64,000 nucleotides of DNA from Macrostomum lignano. Its lineage: Eukaryota. The notes beneath the pieces are model-generated. The model ran no database searches. It worked only from the letters and a program-made list of their open reading frames with translations, and was not told the DNA's origin. The stretch lies in NCBI GenBank assembly GCA_002269645.1, contig NIVC01000225.1:536416-600415 (forward strand). Direction: 5' to 3'. Below, piece by piece: positions 1-14,192 of this stretch. Each line of letters starts with the position of its first letter. Within the stretch, counting starts at the first letter, position 1. Position numbers and translations under genes: made by a program.

Positions 1-7
1 ATCATCA

Positions 8-760
8 GAACTACAGAAGGAAATCCCCAGGAAACTACAGAAGGCAATCCCCAGGAAACTACAGAAGGGAATCCCCAGAAAACTACAGAAGGGAATTCCC
101 AGAAAATTACAGAAGGAAATCCCCAGGAAACTACAGAAGGGAATACCCAGGAAACTACAGAAGGAAATCCCCAGGAAACTACAGAAGGGAATCCCCAGAA
201 AACTACAGAAGGGAATTCCCAGAAAACTACAGAAGGCAATCCCCAGGAAACTACAGAAGGGAATCCCCAGAAAACTACAGAAGGGAATTCCCAGAAAACT
301 ACAGAAGGAAATCCCCAGGAAACTACAGAAGAGAATACCCAGGAAACTACAAAATGGAATCCCTAAGAAACTACAATAGCGAATACCCAGAAAACCACAG
401 AAGGGAATCCCCAGAAAACTACAAAAGGGAATTCCCCGTAAACTACAAAAGGGATCTCCCAAGAAACTACAAAAGGGATTACCTAAGAAGCTAATAAAAA
501 AGGGATTACCTAAGAAGCTAATAAAAAAGGGATTACCTAAGAAGCTAATAAAAAAGGGATTACCTAAGAAGCTAATAAAAAAGGGATTACCTAAGAAGCT
601 TAAAAAGGTATTACCCAAGAAACTAAAAAAGGGATTACCTAAGAAGCTTAAAAAGGTATTACCCAAGAAACTAAAAAAGGGATTCCCCAGAAAACTTCCA
701 AAGAGAGTCCCAAAGAAACTAAAGAAGGAAATCCCGTAGAAAAACAATAGAGAATCCTGC
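8..760. repeat. Minisatellite, 24-bp unit GGAAATCCCCAGGAAACTACAGAA grading into a ~27-bp unit GGGATTACCTAAGAAGCTAATAAAAAA
   Basis: Tandem units visible directly; runs off the window start. Confidence 0.9.
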
Positions 761-1125
761 AAAGGTATGAAACTAAAAATAGTATCTATATAAACTATTA
801 AAAGTGTAGCATAGAGACACCTATGCATAGACTGTTAAGCTAACTACAATTGTAAAGCAAATAAAACTACACTAGTAGTATATCAATTCGCTACGAGGCG
901 ATACTTTATACATGAAAGGCCATAAATACATTCGCAAGTACGATCAGAACACGGAATTTGCCAGCAAATATTAAAATTGATTTGTTATTAGCAAAGTCAG
1001 AATCAACCGAGGGCAAAGCAAATCGCTGGCTGTTGAGGCACAATTGCGGAGGGCGTGTTAACTTTACAAAGCCACTTTACAAAATTATATAGTCTGCAGT
1101 ATCCACAGGACAGACAGCCGCAGGG

Positions 1126-4100
1126 TTACACGGTGGCATCCGACACCAGTCGACCAGCGCCGGCAGTCTTCCCAATATGTTGTCGGTGGTCCGAGTCGTC
1201 TACTAAATCGACATCGACATCGTCAGGCGAGGACGGCCTCGGATCTGGCAGCCGGTCCGACGATTGACTATTACTAAGACGTCCCGAGTTCGAATCCAAC
1301 AGATCGGCTTCCGCTTTGCGCAGTCGATCGTCCACGAGTTCTCGCTCATGCCGGAGATGTTCGAGATTGCTCTGCGATTCGCGGCTGAGTCGTTCGACAG
1401 TTAGGCTGAGCTGTTCGACGTCTTGAAGGAGACGGTCGTGTTGCTGCTGCTGCTGCTTGTCTGAAAGTTCCGGTTCGACTCCGTCTGTCAGGTCTGAAAT
1501 GGAATATTGATATCAGCAAGGGATTTTGGCTTGAAATTTTATTCAGCACACCTATAGACTCTCAATTGAGCACTCCCATAGACTCTCAATTGAGCACTCC
1601 CATAGATTCTCAATTGAGCACACCCATAGATTCTCAATTGAGCACTCCCATATACTCTCAATTGAGCACACCCATAGACTCTCAATTGAGCACACCCATA
1701 GACTCTCAATTGAGCACTTCCATAGATTCTCAATTGAGCACACCTATAGACTCTCAATTGAGTACACCCAAAGACTCTCAATTGAGCACTCCCATAGACT
1801 CTCAACTGAGTACACCCAAAGACTCTCAACTGAGTACACCCAAAGACTCTCAATTGAGCACGCCCATAGACTTTCAATTGAGCACACCCATAGACTCTCA
1901 ATTGAGCACACCCATAGACTCTTAATTGAGCACTCCCATAGACTTTCAATTGAGTACACCCATAGACTCTCAATTGAGCACACCCATAGACTCTCAATTG
2001 AGCACACCCATAGATACTCAATTGAGCACACCCATAGACTCTCAATTGAGCACACCCATAGACTCTTAATTGAGCACTCCCATAGACTCTCAATTGAGTA
2101 CACCCATAGACTCTCAATTGAGCACACCCATAGAATCTCAATTGAGCACTCCCATAGATACTCAATTGAGCACTCCCATTAGATTGTAATTTAGTTCCCC
2201 TCACCCTTCTCAGCATCAGTCGCATCCGTAGCCTCATCCGTAGTCTCAGTCGCAGTCAGCTCTTCTCTCGACGTAGCCGCCGTTTCAGCCGATTCCGCAG
2301 CCAGGCGCCGATCAATCTCAGCGTCGATGTCTCTCTCGCGATACTGCGGCTGAGCTGCGGCAGCTCTAGATGGTGGTGAGCCATCATCGTCACCAGCAGC
2401 CGCTGCCACAGCCTTCGCCTCTGTCATCAATTCGTGCACAACCTCCCTTACCCGACGTCGATCAGCCTCAGGATCGGGTGGTTGCTGCTGCTGAGGATTC
2501 GCTGTATCGGTATCGGTAGGATTAGCAGACGCTTCATCTTCAGCCTCCGACAGTTGAGGCACGCACTGATCGGCAATTTCCCAATCGGTGAAGAGCCAGT
2601 CTCTGAACTGTATAATAGACTTAGTGAGTTTAATGAGCAGAGCTGAATGCATCAGCATATTCTCTTGGGTGCGCTGGCCAAACAGAGACGGAGCGAACAC
2701 CATGGCTAGGTTATAAAACTGCATACGATTGTAGGCGCTATACTGGCTAACTAAGCCAAGGTGATTAACCAGGTATTGCAAGGTAAGCCGGTGACACCTG
2801 TGCTGCGGATGGTCAGTGTGCTCTTCCATAACGCCTAAGAGTCTGTGCAGCTTCAACATTCGATTCCGGTGATCGGATAGTTTCTGTGTAACGATGAATT
2901 CGTTATAATAGATAGCCGGTATCAGAGGATCGGGCAGTTGCAATAGGAACCGCTTGAGCACGCTAGCAACAACATTGTATTCAAGCCACAGTTCACAGTT
3001 GGGATTCAGATCTTGCACAGGCTTGGACAGTTCAGCTTCTAGAGCTTCGATATTGCGAGAATTGCCGCTAATCCTGTAGATCCCTTCGCGTCTGATTGCG
3101 CCGCACTCGATGACCCGGCAGCACAGTTGCACTATTAAGGGGACACCGTTAGATCCCTTTGGGCAGCGGTGTAGCGGTAGGCCGAAACTGCCCGACGCTA
3201 CCGCTGACACCGCGGGAGGCTCCGGTGATCGGGGCGGATTGTACACCAGGTGCAACGGCTGCTGCTGCTGTTGCTGCTTGGCGTCTTTGGCTCGCCAGAG
3301 TCTGTCGCCGAAATTTTTAAACAATTTCAAGCCGCTCTGCTTTGGCGAATTGCCCGATGCATCGTCCAGACTGCCGGCGGTTGCCGCCGAGTGGAGCAGC
3401 ATGAATTGCTGCTGCTGCTGCTGCTGCTGCTGCTGGGAGAGCTGGCGAACCTTGGGAAAATTGTGCAGCCTCTCCTAGAAGATGTTAAATGGTTACGAAT
3501 AACTTATTAAGATGTTAAATGTTAAATGGACACGAATAACTTGGGATTCAACCGCTCTTAAGACCGCTACCCTCCCTGATCCTTCAGTGCATGCCGCTAG
3601 ACTCCCTGATCCTTCAGTGCATGCCGCTAGACTCCCTGATCCTTCAGTACATGCGGCTACCCTCCCTGATCCTTCAGTGCATGCCGCTACCCTCCCTGAT
3701 GCTTCAGTGCATGCCGCTACCCTCCCTGATGCTTCAGTGCATGCCGCTACCCTCCCTGATGCTTCAGTGCATGCCGCTACCCTCCCTGATCCTTCAGTGC
3801 ATGCCGCTAGACTCCCTGATCCTTCAGTGCATGCCGCTAGACTGCCTGATCCTTCAGTACATGCCGCTAGACTCCCTGATCCTTCAGTGCATGCCGCTAG
3901 CCTCCCTGATCCTTCAGTACATGCGGCTAGACTCCCTGATCCTTCAGTGCATGCCGCTACCCTCCCTGATGCTTCAGTGCATGCCGCTACCCTCCCTGAT
4001 GCTTCAGTGCATGCCGCTACCCTCCCTGATCCTTCAGTGCATGCCGCTACCCTCCCTGATGCTTCAGTGCATGCCGCTAGCCTCCCTGATCCTTCAGTGT

Positions 4101-5866
4101 ATGCCGCTAGACTCCCTGATCCTTCAGTGCATGCCGCTACCCTCCCTGATCCTTCAGTGCATGCCGCTAGACTCCCTGATGCTTCAGTGCATGCCGCTAC
4201 CCTCCCTGATGCTTCAGTGCATGCCGCTACCCTCCCTGATGCTTCAGTGCATGCCGCTAGACTCTCTGATGCTTCAGTGCATGCCGCTACCCTCCCTGAT
4301 CCTTCAGTGCATGCCGCTAGACTCCCTGATGCTTCAGTGCATGCCGCTACCCTCCCTGATGCTTCAGTGCATGCCGCTACCCTCCCTGATGCTTCAGTGC
4401 ATGCCGCTACCCTCCCTGATGCTTCAGTGCATGCCGCTACACTCCCTGATCCTTCAGTGCATGCCTCTCCGTCTCTGACCCCTCAGTGCATGCCTAAAAT
4501 AACCTGCAAGACTATAATAAAAGCTCCAATCAGAATTGATTTTACCTGTAAAGACTTCAAGCAACGATCGTCATCATCGTGCCGAAATGTCACCTGCCAA
4601 TCAACGGTGCCTAATCGCAATTTTTTCCTCTTATAGCTGATTAGAGAATCGCGACCAACAGCTATGGTGAATTGCTGTTGCTGCTGCTGATACAGCTGCT
4701 GCGGACTGCTGTTATCTTTGCTTGCAACACTACCAGCAACTGGCAGTATGGTCAAAGAGGAAGAGCTGTCAACACGAAGATTTGCGTCAAACGTGCAGGG
4801 CAGTTGAGAGGCGGCGACCTGTTTTTTTATTATAAAGGCAAAAGCAAAATGCGATTGGATAAAGCGTGTTCACTGAAAATGTAAAAAAATTAATCCTGAT
4901 AACTTTATTTTTGTCACCACTACTACTAGTAGTAGTCAATAACTAAAATTGCCTAATATTTCTATTCGGTAGTCCTTAAAGAAAAAAAATGTTCGTTTAA
5001 ACATTGAGTAAAAGGCAGGAGTAAAAATATATTCGAATCTTACTATACAATGCCTCGTCATCTTATTAGTTTTTAGATATTTTGCGAAGCTTTGGTATGG
5101 ATAAATAGATAAACCCAACTACTTCAAGTAGCAAAGAAAGGAACAAAAAACTCACCTTGCCCTCGGGGCACCGTTCAATAGTGACATTGAACACCGCATT
5201 GATGTCCTGCTGTTTGTCATCAACTGAAGGCGGCGGCGGAGGCGAAGACATGCCTAACCGACTGTCCAGACCTTCAACAGATTGAGCTCGCCTTTCGTTG
5301 CTAGAGAAAACTTTCTGTTGCTGTTCCATTTGCTGTCTCTGCTCTCCAGCTTTTAGAAGAGCATTCTTGACAACGGGCGTCTGCAGATTTGAAGGCGATG
5401 TTAAACAGATTTTTCTTTGAAAAAAACGTAATTTTACAAAACCTGCCGTACGTATTAAATATGAATCCGTTCAATACGTAAATTACACTTTACAGTAACA
5501 AGTTCAATTACAGATTTACAGTTTAATAAACCTAGTTGCAGATAGACAGCTTGCACTAGTTATTGGACACAGTTTAAAAGCTCCATCGCTCTATCTAAAA
5601 CTTGTCCTGTTAGTACTTTGAAGCTCAGTGCTGATCCCCCCCACGAGTTTCGATTCGTTCAACGCATCAAATTATTGCCGAAGTAGTGCCAAGGATAGCA
5701 AAAGCTGCTTAGAATAGCAAAGCTGCTGCGAAATCTTCAGTTAAAACTAAACAGGCGTGAGAGCCGGATGCGACAGTTATGAGAGGATAGGTAGATGAGG
5801 TAGTGCAGTGTGTATATAGATAGCAACGGATATATAAAGATAAATTAGATTGGCAGATAGAAAGTC

Positions 5867-5901
<35 letters not shown>

Positions 5902-5922
5902 CAGATAGATAGATAGACAGAC

Positions 5923-5961
<39 letters not shown>

Positions 5962-5978
5962 CAGATAGATAGATAGAC

Positions 5979-6017
<39 letters not shown>

Positions 6018-6018
6018 C

Positions 6019-6057
<39 letters not shown>

Positions 6058-6058
6058 C

Positions 6059-6097
<39 letters not shown>

Positions 6098-6114
6098 CAG
6101 ATAGATAGATAGAC

Positions 6115-6149
<35 letters not shown>

Positions 6150-6170
6150 CAGATAGATAGATAGATAGAC

Positions 6171-6253
<83 letters not shown>

Positions 6254-6348
6254 CATATAGATAGATAGATAGATAGATAGATAGACAGATAGATAGATAG
6301 ACAGATAGATAGATAGATAGATAGATAGACATATAGATAGATAGATAT

Positions 6349-6383
<35 letters not shown>

Positions 6384-6448
6384 TATAGATAGATAGATAG
6401 ATAGATAGATAGACAGATAGATAGATAGACATATAGATAGATAGATAT

Positions 6449-6503
<55 letters not shown>

Positions 6504-6516
6504 CATAGATAGACAT

Positions 6517-6555
<39 letters not shown>

Positions 6556-6598
6556 CATAGATAGACATATAGATAGATAGATAGATAGATAGATAGAC

Positions 6599-6641
<43 letters not shown>

Positions 6642-6678
6642 CAGATAGATAGATAGATAGATAGACAGATAGATAGAC

Positions 6679-6713
<35 letters not shown>

Positions 6714-6828
6714 CAGATAGATAGATAGATAGATAGATAGACATATAGATAGATAGATAGATAGATAGATAGACAGATAGATAGATAGATAGATAGACAG
6801 ATAGATAGATAGATAGATAGATAGACAT

Positions 6829-6861
<33 letters not shown>

Positions 6862-6862
6862 C

Positions 6863-6897
<35 letters not shown>

Positions 6898-6898
6898 C

Positions 6899-6929
<31 letters not shown>

Positions 6930-6950
6930 CAGATAGATAGATAGATAGAC

Positions 6951-6989
<39 letters not shown>

Positions 6990-6990
6990 C

Positions 6991-7025
<35 letters not shown>

Positions 7026-7042
7026 CAGATAGATAGATAGAC

Positions 7043-7073
<31 letters not shown>

Positions 7074-7094
7074 CAGATAGATAGATAGATAGAC

Positions 7095-7169
<75 letters not shown>

Positions 7170-7260
7170 CATATAGATAGATAGATAGATAGATAGACAG
7201 ATAGATAGATAGACAGATAGATAGATAGATAGATAGATAGACATATAGATAGATAGATAT

Positions 7261-7295
<35 letters not shown>

Positions 7296-7360
7296 TATAG
7301 ATAGATAGATAGATAGATAGATAGACAGATAGATAGATAGACATATAGATAGATAGATAT

Positions 7361-7425
<65 letters not shown>

Positions 7426-7458
7426 CATATAGATAGATAGATAGATAGATAGATAGAC

Positions 7459-7505
<47 letters not shown>

Positions 7506-7518
7506 CAGATAGATAGAC

Positions 7519-7557
<39 letters not shown>

Positions 7558-7634
7558 CAGATAGATAGATAGATAGATAGATAGACATATAGATAGATAG
7601 ATAGATAGACAGATAGATAGATAGATAGATAGAC

Positions 7635-7673
<39 letters not shown>

Positions 7674-7694
7674 CAGATAGATAGATAGATAGAC

Positions 7695-7765
<71 letters not shown>

Positions 7766-7844
7766 CATATAGATAGATAGATAGATAGATAGACAGATAG
7801 ATAGATAGACATATAGATAGATAGATAGATAGATAGATAGACAT

Positions 7845-7915
<71 letters not shown>

Positions 7916-7980
7916 TATAGATAGATAGATAGATAGATAGATAGACAGATAGATAGATAGACATATAGATAGATAGATAT

Positions 7981-8049
<69 letters not shown>

Positions 8050-8144
8050 CATATAGATAGATAGATAGATAGATAGATAGACAGATAGATAGATAGACAG
8101 ATAGATAGATAGATAGATAGATAGACATATAGATAGATAGATAT

Positions 8145-8187
<43 letters not shown>

Positions 8188-8252
8188 TATAGATAGATAG
8201 ATAGATAGATAGATAGACAGATAGATATATAGACATATAGATAGATAGATAT

Positions 8253-8289
<37 letters not shown>

Positions 8290-8290
8290 C

Positions 8291-8329
<39 letters not shown>

Positions 8330-8344
8330 CATATAGATAGACAT

Positions 8345-8389
<45 letters not shown>

Positions 8390-8414
8390 CAGACAGATAG
8401 ATAGATAGATAGAC

Positions 8415-8477
<63 letters not shown>

Positions 8478-8542
8478 CATATAGATAGACATATAGATAG
8501 ATAGATAGATAGATAGATAGACAGATAGATAGATAGATGGAC

Positions 8543-8629
<87 letters not shown>

Positions 8630-8644
8630 CATATAGATAGACAT

Positions 8645-8677
<33 letters not shown>

Positions 8678-8730
8678 CAGATAGATAGATGGACAGATAG
8701 ATAGATAGATAGACAGATAGATAGATAGAC

Positions 8731-8765
<35 letters not shown>

Positions 8766-8784
8766 CAGATAGATAGATAGACAT

Positions 8785-8821
<37 letters not shown>

Positions 8822-8838
8822 CAGATAGATAGATAGAC

Positions 8839-8909
<71 letters not shown>

Positions 8910-11900
8910 CAGATAGATAGATAGATAGATAGATAGACAGATAGATAGATAGAAAGACAGACAGACAGACAGATAGGCAGGTAGTTAGGCAGATAACAGA
9001 TAGATGCATCCAGCATCTAAAAGCTAAAAGCTGTTGCATAAGCTACGCAACCTGCCGCATTTGCTATCGCTCGCGCAGTTTTAATGGAGCTGCGTGCATG
9101 CTGCAAAAACCAGACTGGTCGCCTAATTGATAAACCATCTGATAACAATCAGATAGTTTCTGCACTACTAATACTTTCAGTAGATAATAAGTGAAAGCGG
9201 CATGCGGCCATTTGAATTAAAATCAAAACAAGAGAATCTGGTTGCCATTTATTGTTATAAATTATTTGAATGCATTAATTATTAATCAGCAACTGTTTCA
9301 CGGATAAAGTCAGCATATAATGATCAATATTTTTGATCATTTTCTAAAACAAACCTGATCCGCAGCGGCCCCCTCAATGGCGTCAACGTTTGACGTTGTA
9401 GGGAATGACGAAAATTTACTAAATTTAGTGTTGGATTTCTGCAACAGCCTACTAACAGTAGACGGCGTTTGTAGAAAATTTGTTGTCAATTTTTCCGATA
9501 TGAAGAGGCCGTTCTGCCGAACTATAGTCACCGACTGGGGCTTTAAAGAGTTGAGTTTGAGGGGATTTTGGGTCGGTTGTTATGGGCAAGAATTAGATAG
9601 ATGATAATGCAAAATGCAAAGAGGAATAAGTTATAATCCATAAGTCTAATGAACAGCACCCTACATAAGCCAGAAATTTTAAAAGCTCGAATTTTCGAAT
9701 ACTGACCTCGGCAGCTTTGAGCTAGCGAAAGTGACCAATACGATTTTAAGACCATGCAAAATTCCAAGCCCGTAAAAACCAACTCTCAAATTATTATACA
9801 ACACGTAAAATTTTATATAACTAATGAAGAAAAAGACAAAAAACCTACCGATTCTCCCAGCACATTTTTCAATTTTTGCACTTTCGGCGTAGATGCAATA
9901 CTGTGCTGTTGCTGTCCGTGCTGATAATACTGTCTGTAATGCTGCTGTTGCTGATGCGGCTGCTTTTTCAATTGGTAGCGATTGGCGGCCACTTCTTGTG
10001 AATTGCTTCTGGCGGCTCTGGCCGGCTTGGCCGCTGTAAAAGATGGGTTAGGATTAAAATGATGGATGGGGATCACAATGACGGATGGGGATCACAATGA
10101 TGGATGAGGATCACAATGATGGATGAGGATCACAATGACGGATGGGGATCACAATGATGGATTTGGATCACACTGATGGATTTGGATCACAGTGATAGAT
10201 GAGGATCACACTGATGGATGGGGATCACAATGATGGATGGGGATCACAAAAGATGGATGGGGATCACAATGATGGATGGGGATCACAATGATGGATGAGA
10301 TCACTGATGGCTGGGGTTCACACCAGGATGGGGATGGATGGATGGGGATCACAATGATGGATGGGGATCACGATGATGGATGGGGATCACAATGATGGAT
10401 GGGGATCACGATGATGGATGGGGATCACAATGATGGATGGGATCAATGATGGATGGGGTTCACACTGAAGGATGAGGATCACAATGACAGATGGGGTTCA
10501 CACTGATGTATGGGGATCACAATGACAGATGAAGATCACAATGATGGATGGGATCCTACTGAAGGATGGGATCACACTGAAGGATGGGATCACACTGAAG
10601 GATGGGATCACACTGAGGGATGTGATCACACTGAATGATGGGATCACACTGAAGGATGGGATCACACTGAGGGATGGGATCACACTGAAGGATGGGATCA
10701 CACTGAGGGATGGGATCACAATGAAAGATGGGATCACACTGAAGGATGAGGATCACACTAAAGAATGAGATCACACTGATGTATGGGGATCACAATGATA
10801 GATGGAGATCACAATGATGGATGGAATCCTACTGAAGGATGGGATCACACTGAAGGATGGGATCACACTGAAGGATGGGATCACACTGAGGGATGGGATC
10901 ACACTGAATGATGGGATCACACTGAAGGATGGGATCACACTGAGGGATGGGATCACACTGAAGGATGGGATCACACTGAGGGATGGGATCACACTGAAGG
11001 ATGGGATCACACTGAAGGATGGGATCACACTGAAGGATGGGATCACACTGAGGGATAGGATCACACTGAGTGATGGGATCACACTAAAGAATGGGATCAC
11101 ACTGAAGGATGGGATCACACTGAAGGATGGGATCACACTGAGGGATAGGATCACACTGAGTGATGGGATCACACTGAGGGATAGGATCACACTGAGTGAT
11201 GGGATCACACTAAAGAATGGGATCACACTGAAGGATGGGATCACACAGGTTAAAGCTCACCGGACGTCGACGCCGAAGTCGCAACAACGGCGCCCTCCGC
11301 TTCAGCGTCGCCGTCCTCATCGTCATCGTCAATGTCGCCGGGACCGCAGATTGGTGCAGCTGGCGTCGCCTGTAACGGAGTCGAAGATTTCGACAGAGAC
11401 CTCCTAGGCTGAGTGGCGTAGATGCCGCCACCGCTGCTGCTAGACTGCGGCAGCTGCCTCTGCTGCTTCTGATGTCGTCGTTGTCGTTCAGTAGTTGGCG
11501 ATCCAGACGCCAGCACGTCGACAATGGGATCCTCGTCGAACTCTCTTATGTACATCGGCGAAGAGATTGGCGACCGTGCGGCCAGTTGGAGCGAGCGCGA
11601 ACTGCCGGAGATTCGAGCGGCGCTTAACAGATCCGGACTGCTGGCGTTGGTGCTGGTGAGCACAGGCGAGTAGCCACGCTTGAGCACCACCTTGGGCGAG
11701 GGCGTTGCCAGGGCGGCGCGGTCGGGCGTGTACCGCCGGCCTTTCCGGATGATCCGCGGCCGGCTTCGTCACCTTCCGCGGCGTCAACCTCGGCGGAGAT
11801 CGGGTTGTCTTCGACACTGTCGGTCTGCAGTAATTTTTTTTAATTTCAAGATGTACTTTAATAGACTGCTAGGCAGGTATTCTTCGATGTAATGGCAGCT

Positions 11901-13005
11901 GCGCTCGATTAAAAATCTACACGGTGAGTGCTCAATTGAGAATCTATGAGAGTGCTCAAATGAGAATATATGAGAGTGCTCAATTGAGAGTCTATGGGAG
12001 TGCTCAATCGAGAGTATATGAGAGTGCTCAATTGAGAATCTATGGGAGTGCTCAATTGAGAATCTATGGGAGTGCTCAATTGAGAATCTATGAGAGTGCT
12101 CAATTGAGAATGTATGGGAGTGCTCAATTGAGAATCTATGGGAGTGCTCAATTGAGAATCTTTGAGAGTGCTAAAATGAGAATATATGGGAGTGCTCAAT
12201 TGAGAATCTATGGGAGTGCTCAATTGAGAATCTATGGGAGTGCTCAATTGAGAGTATATGGGAGTGCTCAATTGAGAATCAATAGGTGTGCTCAATTGAT
12301 AATCTATGAGAGTGCTTAATTGAGAATCTAATGGGAGTGCTCAAATGAATCTAATGTGAGTGCTCAATTATTAATCTAATAGGAGTGCTCAATTGAGAAT
12401 CTATGAGAGTGCCTAATTGAGAATCTATGAGAGTGCCTAATTGAGAATCTATGAGAGTGCTCAATTGAGAGTATATGGGAGTGCTATGGAAGAATCAATG
12501 GGAGAACGACAATAAATCGCAGAGTCATGGCATAGCCTACCTGACCGTCGTCGACATATTCAACAGAAACTGTGGGAGTGTTGCTAGCCGCAGCTGAACC
12601 TCTGCGGCGCGAGTGCTTACTTCTACGAGCTGTCGATGAGGCCGAAATCGAACCAGACGACGCCATGTCGTAGCAGGATCTGCTCATCGCCAAGGAGCCG
12701 GTTGAGGAGCTGGAAATGCCAACCCCAGCACTGCCGTTGCTGGCGCCGCTATCGAAATCTGTTGGTCCTGTCAGCAGTGTGAAAGCGATGCTGCCCTGGC
12801 TGCAATGGTTGAGGAATTGCGATGAATTCGGAAATTAGATTGGGACGTGCTTTGTGAATAATTGCCATGCGATAATGACGAATCGTGTTTTTAGTAGTGA
12901 GAATTTTTAAAGATTGGCGCCTGCTCTTTATGGGACTTTACATCTGTCTGTCTGTCTGACTGTTTGCCTGCCTGCCTACCTACCTATCTGTCTATCTATT
13001 TATGT

Positions 13006-13085
<80 letters not shown>

Positions 13086-14051
13086 TTATTTATTTATCTA
13101 TTTATCTATATATCTACAGATCAGTAGATACAGTAGCGCATGTTTGCACTGCAGCAGCAGCAGGAGCACATGATGCCGCGAATTTGGACGCGATGCAAAG
13201 CAACATGCAGAGGGCAGATGCGAATGAAATCGACCACTAAAAGCATACACAAACTGTATGGAAACCCCAGCCTTTTGTGGGAACCAAAAGTGGCTGTCTT
13301 CACTGCATCAGTAGAAATATGCTCGAGTATTTCTAGAAACAATTAATCATCGATCAATGTCGAAGCAAAGCGTATCTAGAAGAGATAGAAGCTAGAAGAC
13401 AAGCCACAAAAGCAGGCAAACAAAACGGCAGTAGCAAACCAAAATCATGCTAAACCGCAGGCGTACAGAAAGAGCTTAGATTAGTGTTTTTCTCTCACTC
13501 AGCATTCTAGTTCTAATCGGTCGCATACTCAAAACTTGCCTATGTAGCTCTGAGGCTTGTGTGCAGTTCGGGTGCAGACCCTGTTTCCCATTTACAGTTT
13601 GCTACAAGGAAAAAAGTCTGTCATGACTTTGAGAAAAAGCACAGACAGAGACAGACACCCACACGCGCAAACAGATAGTTTAGATAGATAGCGATTCGAC
13701 TTTCAGTCAAGGAGTTCTAACCATAGCAACTGGGGCGGGACAGAGTTACTATGCATACGTATAGATAATAGAGCACTGCATTACCAGCAACATTTAGATA
13801 AACCGGATGCAATTATAACGTCATTAGTCACAAAGTTGGGCATTAAAATTATTGGCATCAATAGTGTCTCATTGACATTGAACTTTCATGCAGCAATTAT
13901 ATCGTCTATGATAATTACAGCTCCCATGCATATTATCTATATACGTCAGATCCCTTACCAACCTAGAGAGTTTTGTTGTTGAAATTGTTGCTTCTGTTGA
14001 ATATTCGTTTCTACCAGAGATAAAAATTATATGGTTGTACTTTGTAGAAAC

Positions 14052-14095
<44 letters not shown>

Positions 14096-14118
14096 CATAG
14101 TAGTAGTAGTAGTAGTCA

Positions 14119-14192
<74 letters not shown>

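Noticed and set aside
1539-4636. Repeat ORFs at 1539-2237 and 3512-4636
   Set aside because: Unit lengths divisible by 3 give open frames; both lie within phase-consistent ARHGAP introns.
5777-9039. Three minus-strand ORFs of 875-1079 aa (IYLS repeats)
   Set aside because: (TATC)n has no stop codon in any frame; they lie inside an ARHGAP intron.
10529-11407. DGITLK hexapeptide-repeat ORFs
   Set aside because: Translation of the 18-bp intronic minisatellite; both strands are open; no independent gene signals.
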